Assembly: GCA_964016885.1 (NCBI GenBank)
Contig: OZ024741.1
Coordinates: 80,972,001-81,036,000, forward strand
Length of the DNA stretch: 64,000 nucleotides
DNA from: Eledone cirrhosa
Lineage: Eukaryota
Direction of reading: 5' to 3'
The notes below the pieces were generated by a model. It searched no databases and was not told where the DNA came from. It saw nothing but the letters and a program-made list of their open reading frames with translations. Below, piece by piece: positions 39,054 to 64,000 of the stretch; the stretch's first letter is position 1, and each line of letters begins with the position of its first letter. The translations under genes were made by a program, and so were the position numbers.

Positions 39054-41809
39054 TAAATATACATACATACATATGTGTGTGTATATATATATATATATAA
39101 AAATATACATACATATGTGTGTGTGTATATATATATATTCTTTATAAAGATGTATATTGTATATGTGTATACATATACAGACACATTTATGTAATGAGAA
39201 ACTGAGCAACAGACCACGAAGACTCCAAACTTCGAATAAATATTTTATTCTACTCTATGGTACTGAGCATTTTTTCATCGCTTTGCATTTCACCTCCAGG
39301 GTGATTCTTCAGCAACCTACATATATATAATGAAAAATTTGGGACCCCGACAACTGAGCTCCTGCCATTTCAACAGCTAGATCTGAACTGAATCGCTGGT
39401 ATTCGGGCGTTGGGAAACTAGCTGACATTATCAAAGAATGAGGAGGGGCAGAATCCATATATGGGCAGTCAGTTTGTACATAAAAAAGTCTTTAAAGTTC
39501 TCTGGGTTTTTTTATGTGGAGGGGAGTGGTCAGTGTTCAGGGATATAAGTACATTTATTTCAATATACACGCATATACACCCACAATAACATGTACATAC
39601 CTTGATGCATATGTTTCAGGATATATGTGTATATGGACAATTAGTAAATACACACACAAAGAAAGTGAAATGGCTATCAATAACAGAGGTAGTGATAGCA
39701 TACATCTTTAAATGTGGTTTCACTCTAGCTTCCATACAAAGAATTTTACTCGGTTCAGTTAAGACAAGCTGTAAAATAGTTGTTGAGTCCTTTCTGGAAT
39801 GGAAGTCAACTGAAAGGGAGACTAACTTCCAAGCCAATGGGAGTGATTGGTTGTGTGCATAGTGGAATAACAAGCCCCATGAATCCCTGGGATCCCAAAA
39901 GAAACATATATACATATAGACATACACAAACTCATATATACATTATATATACTCACTTAACACACAGATGCATACACACATCACATAAATAGATAAATAC
40001 ACTCAAACACACATATGTGCATATGTACATACATACACATATGTCATATACATATGTATATATTCATATACATGCAGACACACACAACATACATCCATAT
40101 ATATACACACACACACAGATGCCTGCATTACTTTTTTCTCTTCTTCTTTATAAGCTAACTATCCATATCAACATTTTAAAACAATATATCTACATACATA
40201 AATAAATATATATATTTATATATATATATATATATACGCATGTATGCACATACTTGTGTCATGCACATTTTACATGCGCACGAAGTAAAATATTTTAAAG
40301 CGGGAGAAAAAAAAAATTATGACACCTCAAACAAATGCTATACAAAAAATAAAATAAAAAAAATAAACAAGGTACAGCAATAAAAACAAAAAAATATAAA
40401 GTGATGAAACCAAACATAATAAAATAACTTTGCCATATATGGAAATATTTCTATCTGATGAATGGTGTTTTCTTCTGTTGATTTGGCATTTAGTTTTGTT
40501 AGTGGTGTTATTTTTGATTTGTTTTCTTTTTAAATTTTGAAATTAATTATTTTTGTGTTTGAAACCTGTGAAATATATATGGAGAGAACCCCCCCCCCCC
40601 AACCCCATTACCACCCAGATGCACCAAAATAAGAATATTGATATACCACCATAATATATATATATATATACTCATGCATAAGTTACACCTCCATAATTTT
40701 TAAATATACAGCCTTTCTGTGTATATGTATCTGGTTTAGAATATATACACTGTATGTTGTAAAAGATAACTAAAAGGGTTGGTACCGAGAACGGCATCTG
40801 GCTGTACAATATTTTTTTCTCCTCATGATCAATATGAATTGTGCCATGTGACCAGAAATGCTAACCGAGCATTAGCAGGGTAAATGGCCATAACCATTTC
40901 TTTACCCTATTTCTAATGAAAAACACTGTCTTTGATTTCCATATCATTTTGAAAGTAATCAGGAATTCAGAGGAATTTACACTGTACCATGTATTTTGAA
41001 TTGAGGTTTTGTAGGTCCATTAGATAATTTGCATGTATTTTCATGGAGAAAAAGTCTGACTTATACACGAATATACACTATATACATATACAAAGATTTA
41101 ACCAAAGCTGAGTGCGCATGCATGTTGTTTATTTGGAGTTTCCCAATTTCCAATATTAAGGATTGGGACCAAGAAAAACTGTGTCACAAAAGACAGACCC
41201 ACCTTCGAATACACATACATACACATATATATATAATATAATATGTGTGTGTATTTATACATTTGTTTTTGTTTTCTCCTATAATGTTGTGTCCAACTAT
41301 TGCATTAACTGTGTGTAGAGCCCTCTCTATCCACTGAAGTGTACAGTTGCCTGTAAATATTGATTGCACAAAACCTTCATTGATGTCCAGATACACACCA
41401 CACACACACACACACAATATGCACCCACAATAACATGTACATACCTTGATGCATATGTTTCAGGATATATGTGTACATGGACAATTAGTAAATACACACA
41501 CAAAGAAAGTATATATAAGACGATATATACTTCAACTAGAATGTGAACCAAACCTATGTCAACCACGAAACCAAGCAAACACAAACCACAGTGCTATAAT
41601 CAACCCTACTGCCCAAACTCTACATCAACCATATCCCAGCCCTCTTAACCAAACAACTGACCTGCTCCAATAACTGGTATGGGAGTGACAGACATCATTA
41701 GGCTGCAGCCATTCTATTGTATAGTTTCTATATATACTTGTTCATATAAGAAATCGCACCCAGAGAAACACAAACATACACATGGTGCTTATCAATTTAT
41801 GAGGGAGGG

Positions 41810-42780
41810 GAAGCCAATTAAATCAACCCCAGTATTTTACAAGAAGGATGAAGGGCAAAGTTGATTTCAGCAGTGAGATTTGAACTCAAAACCTAAAGAA
41901 CTTTAACCTGTGAGGTATTTTGTCAGACTCTCTAATGATTCTATTACTTTATAATTGTTTCTATATTTGGCACAAGGCCAGCAATTACCCAGTATATTAC
42001 TGGTACTTTATTTTATCGATCTCGTAAGGATGAAAGGCAAAGTTAACCTCGGCAGGATTTGAATTCGGAACGTAAAGGGACGTAACTATGCTAGAAAGCA
42101 TGGCGTTCGACCCTCTACCGATACTGCCAATCCACTGCCCCTATTCTATTACTTTATAATGATTTCTAATTTAGGCACAAGACTGGCAATTTAGAGGAAG
42201 GGAAAAGTCAATTATATTGACCATAGCTAGTACTTAACTGGTATTTTATTTTATGGACCATGGACCATAGAAGGATGAAAGGCAAAGTCGACCATGTCAG
42301 GATTTGAACCCTGAACGTAAAGGGCCACAACTCTATGCTGCAAAGCATGGTGTCTGATGCTCTACCAAAACTGCCAATCCACTGCCTTTATAATAATGGT
42401 AATAATAATAATAATGGTGCTTTCTAATTTTAGCACAAGGCCAGCAATTTTTTTAGGTGAGGCAGGGTTTATTCACTCAACCCGAGTACTTGACTGGTAC
42501 TATATTTCACCAACTCCAGAAAGCTAAAAGGCAAAGGTAACCTTGCCATAATTCGAACTTAGAATTTCTTGAGCAGGAAAAAGAACAGAAAGCATTATTT
42601 TTCTGATGCTCGAACAATTCTGTCAAATTCATTGTAGTAAGATAATTATAATCAACTAACATTGAGTTCAAATCCTGCCAAGGTTAACTTTGCCTTTCAT
42701 CCTTATGGGGTTGATAAAATAAAGTACCAGTAATACACTGGGTATTTGCTGGCCTTGTGCCAAAAGTAGAAACAATTATT
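41810..42780. mobile_element. Cluster of Deu/Nin-type SINEs
   Basis: Copies at about 41810-41940, 41955-42141, 42158-42388, 42420-42625 (-) and 42663-42780 (+). Confidence 0.85.
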
Positions 42781-43090
42781 CAGAGTAAATATTATATAGA
42801 GGTATCTCTCTCTTTCTCTCTACCCTCCCATTTGGTTTTTATATAATTAATCACTTGTTTATATTCATTCATATCTTTCACATCTTTCCCATGCTGCATC
42901 CCCTCCTCTCTCTCTGTTTAAGTTGGCATCTTAACCATACATCAATTTCATTGTTTCCATAGATACATGTGACCCTATCATTGCTCCTCCACACCCTCCA
43001 GAGATAATCCTTTTATTTTGTAGTTCATCTTGTTTTAAGAAACATACACACACACATTTGTGTGTATATAAATATATATAAATGTGTATC

Positions 43091-43295
43091 CTGGGTTCAA
43101 TGGGGGGTAACCACAGTAAGTAAGGTACTCAATACATAACAGAGTATAAATACTTAATATAGAAATGGTTTCTACTGGACTAGAACTGTTTCATTCAAAC
43201 AAAATCATCAGGAAAGTGCATCAGAAAGGCTTTCCTGATGATTTCCTTCGAATGAAACAGTTCTAGTCCCATAGAAGCCATTTCTATATTAAAGA
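43091..43295. mobile_element. Hairpin element with hammerhead cores on both strands; same family as 7940-8070
   Basis: Arms 43154-43216 and 43230-43292; CTGATGA...GAAACAG on each strand; shares the leader ggttcaat...ggtaaccacagtaagtaaggtactcaatacata with 7943-7988. Confidence 0.75.
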
Positions 43296-43431
43296 TATAT
43301 ATATATAAACGGAGGAGCCCAGCATGGTCACAGATAAATGGCTGAAACCAATAAAAGAATACATATGCACGCACATACACACATGTAGATGCACACACAC
43401 ACACATATACATATGTATATGTGCATATATA

Positions 43432-43470
<39 letters not shown>

Positions 43471-43777
43471 GTATGTGTGTGTGTATATATATATATGTGT
43501 GTGTGTGTATATATATATATATATGTACAGAATGCCTCAAAAGTCACCGTATATTTGGCAAAACAATAAGTATAGTAGTGACTTTTGTGACTCTGTATAT
43601 ACATATAGATGCACACATACCCATACACTCACAAATATCTATATACAAATTATATATATATACATACATACACATATATATATATCTACACATATAAATG
43701 GTGCCTGTTATAAAAATATGTATATATGCAGTATATGTATGTGTGGATATATATATATATATGTGTGTGTGTGTATG

Positions 43778-43820
<43 letters not shown>

Positions 43821-43995
43821 ATGTATAATATATGTGTGTGTGTATGCATATACATATATATGCATACACACGCACACACATATATATACATACACAAATA
43901 TGCATACACACACACATATATATATATACATACACTTATATATGCATACACACACACATATATATATATATGTATATATATATAAACATACGCAC

Positions 43996-44027
<32 letters not shown>

Positions 44028-44329
44028 ATGTACTACATATATACATATTTTTATAACAGGCACCATTTCCCTTTGGTAAAGTAATGCTTTCTTTCATTCT
44101 TCCATGGTTTTCTTCATGTTCTTTCACCCATTTTTATCTCATTCTTCTTTTTTTTTGTTTTAAATTAATTTCTATTACCTTCTCCCTTGCTTTGTTTCTC
44201 TTTTTTTTTACACCATTACACCATTACCCTTCCCCACCCACAAAAAAAAAAACAACGGAAAAACAAAAACCCACATTCCCCCCATAAAACCGCCCTTCCA
44301 AATTAAAATGGTAAAATTGAATGTTTGAC

Positions 44330-44370
<41 letters not shown>

Positions 44371-44446
44371 TATATATATATACACACACACACATTCATA
44401 TATATGAATGTGTGTGTATATAAATAAATTCATATTCATATATTTT

Positions 44447-44494
<48 letters not shown>

Positions 44495-44692
44495 TATACA
44501 TTTAAGTTTGGTTATGTATGCATATGTATATATATATACATATGCATATACACATATACAAATGTATATACATAATTACATATGCATATACATAAATATA
44601 TATATGTATGTATATATGAGATAAGGAAAGAAGGGGCGGAAGGAGAGGGAAGCAGTTAGGGGAGAGAGGTGGTGATTAAAAATTATTTAATG

Positions 44693-61328
<16,636 letters not shown>

Positions 61329-61679
61329 CTGCAATAGAACAACAAGGTAATTAATCACTGATTTGTGTGATTGTCAGTATATAAATATTATATATGTAGT
61401 ATCTTCAATTGCTATAACCTGTAATGGAACAAGGGAGTTAATCACTGATCTGTGTATGTGTGTGTAAGTATATTGATATAGAAATATATATTATACACAT
61501 ACATACTCAAGCCAGATTGACTTTTTACTTGTTAGAAAATTAGATTAAAAAATTGTTATGAATGTTAAGTCCTTCCCATGAAAAGAATGCATTACCCAAC
61601 ATAAGTTAGTTATTAGTGACATCAAAATAAGCACAAAACAACATAAAATACAGAAAAATTTGGAGGAGGAGAATATAGA

Positions 61680-62540
61680 AGCTGAAGGACCTCTCTGTTA
61701 AGTTACTATGTGACAACTACCACAGGCTACTGAGACTTATGGCTATAGCAAAACACCAGCTAGACAGAGTGATCTGGTAGTGGGACAGCAACATAGATAA
61801 AGCCATTGAATGTGAGATACAGGCATGGAATAATTAGAAAAATGTGGGCAGCAAAGATCAATACCAGATAGCTAAAAGAGAAGCTAGACGACAGGTATAC
61901 ATCGCATCCAAAGGGGCTGAAAGCAGAAGGTTTACAAATGCCCTGGGTTGTGAAAATCAGAGATGTGAAGTGTTTGGTTTCACAAAGTAGTGTGTTAGCA
62001 TGAATCAGGACTTAGTTGGGGAAAAGCGTGTTCGAAACGACACAGGTGCACTTAGCATCATTGATGCTCAAAAGGAGAGGTTGATAGATTTTCCAACCTA
62101 AATGATCTAATTAACAGTGGAGGAGATTGCTTCAAGAGCATAATAGGTAGAATAAAAACAGGATGGAAAAGTTCAGGAAACTACTACCTCTGTTGACAAC
62201 AAAAGGCTGGTTGTATGATGCCTGTGTGTGATGTGCAGTACTGCATGGTAGTGAGACATGAGCAGCAAATGGAGAAGATTTGTGAAGGTTATAGAGACTG
62301 AAGTGAGCATGCTTTGATGGATGTGCAATGTTAATGTGTGTAAATGACAAAGCATGGATGAGCTGAGAGAAAACTGGGTATAAGAAGAATCATATGTAGT
62401 GAACAAGGGAGAAGACGATGTAGTTATGGATGATTGCTGGGTGAAGAAGTGCCAATAAATCCCAATTGGAGGAAGACCTGGTTAGAGATGGTGAGAGCTG
62501 ATCTCAAATCTCCGAAGCTCTCACAGATGATGAAGGAATA
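61680..62540 (+). mobile_element. Highly degraded RTE LINE fragments
   Basis: DNA similarity to the 47800-48330 RTE region (aggctggttgtatgatgcctgt...catggtagtgagacatg, gctgagagaaaaactgggtataagaagaatc). Confidence 0.7.
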
Positions 62541-62852
62541 CTGTGCTGCTGATATATATATATATATGATAAATTAGGTCAAATAAATTTGCATTCTCAA
62601 CTATTTTGTATAGAGTACTCAATTGAAATGGTTCTTTCTTACTCCTGTAGCAAGAAAAACTAAAACACTAACTGTGTTACTATCATGATAAAATGCACTT
62701 GGTAGCGCACAGGATCACATGTTAGGCCCCCATCCCACATAGAGGTCAGATGCTCTACTTGAGTGCTGATGATACATCCAACCCTTGCTAGCAGAGAAAA
62801 TGGACATTAAACAATAATGACACACACATATATATATATTATGTATGAGATA

Positions 62853-62911
<59 letters not shown>

Positions 62912-64000
62912 GATTTGTATGTATGCATGTGTGTGTAAAGTGATGATAAAGAAATGATCATAAGACATATATTTCATAGCTTAGAACTGACAGCAAAGGC
63001 CATGCCATTGTGAAGGATATCAGGCTTAAAGAATGACAGCAATATTAAAGAAGCCTTAATTTAATCCTTCCACATCCATCTAATATGCCAACTTTTACTG
63101 AAATGTTAACTATGCTAGAGCTAGACTACAAATATCTTTGGATCTTTACTTTGGCTATATAAAAAAATACTCTGCATGTGGAGATATGAATCATTTTCTA
63201 GAAAGATGCCCTCTAATCATTATTTCCCCAACAAAGACAGCATGCGCCACCTTGTCATAGACAAACCTACATCTACAATATTTACCATATATATATTGGG
63301 TGTCTTGTAATATTGCCTTCAGCTGCATGGTCAACAAGTAGCCACTGAGAGTAATCTCAGTAATATAATTAAAACTATATATTATACTCTACTGAGGTAT
63401 TGAACACTTTTTCCCTTGGTAATCCAAACAAATTATAGATATTAATTTCTCAATGTTTAACCCCATCTTTTCAAATGAATTAGTTTCTCAATTTCAACTT
63501 TTACATTAACACTGTTTCAATTCATTCAATTCATTCTTTATGAATGGCTGCAGATTCATACTCTCCCCTGTTTCAACCCTTGGTCATCACTCTCTTAGTC
63601 CCATTTACCAAAAAAGAAGAGATTCTGCATGGCTTGGAAAATTTCCTTTTGTGTTGTCGAGGACAAGACAACCTCTTTAGTGTTGGTGTCACAATAAAAT
63701 CTGCTCAGTACACTCTGTAAAGTGGTTGACAAAATGGAGACAACACAGGGTAGAGAGGACAGTTTGGTGTTGCCAAGGAAAATAAAATATGCTCATTACG
63801 CTGTAGAGTAGTAGTCAGTAAAATAGAATGGAGACAATGTAGAGTAGGGAGGACTCTTTAGTCTTGTCAAAGATATGAGAGCCACCTCTCTAGTGCTGGT
63901 GCCACAACAAAATGTACTCAGTACTGCAAAAGGCTTGTTGAGAAGAGCACCCGGCTGTAGAAATCATGCCAAAATTTGATAGACGAACATTCATTGTGAA

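Noticed and set aside
61330-64000. Search for the next upstream MAN1A exon (AEFGTLHLEF-type motif)
   Set aside because: Not found by eye; probably outside the window.

Overview
AT-rich, microsatellite-saturated animal genomic DNA. The SINE, RTE and Penelope repertoire suggests a coleoid cephalopod, probably Octopus (inference). The one well-supported host gene is the 3' part of a class I Golgi alpha-1,2-mannosidase (GH47, MAN1A-like) on the minus strand: six GT-AG exons between 61328 and 44693 that splice in frame. The rest is mostly mobile DNA: a near-full-length Tx1/L1-clade LINE (about 9438-15249, minus) inside a (GATA)n tract, degraded RTE LINEs, Penelope-like (PLE) remnants, two mariner remnants, Helitron pieces, a MITE and many tRNA-derived SINEs. 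The most notable signal is a set of short elements inserted in (TA)n tracts, most with a long inverted repeat. They carry type I hammerhead ribozyme (HHR) cores, two apparently intact (8012-8070, 26673-26727) and several degenerate, sometimes in both orientations, plus a shared downstream TGAGTRC motif. Boundaries of degraded repeats are approximate. No database search or folding program was run.
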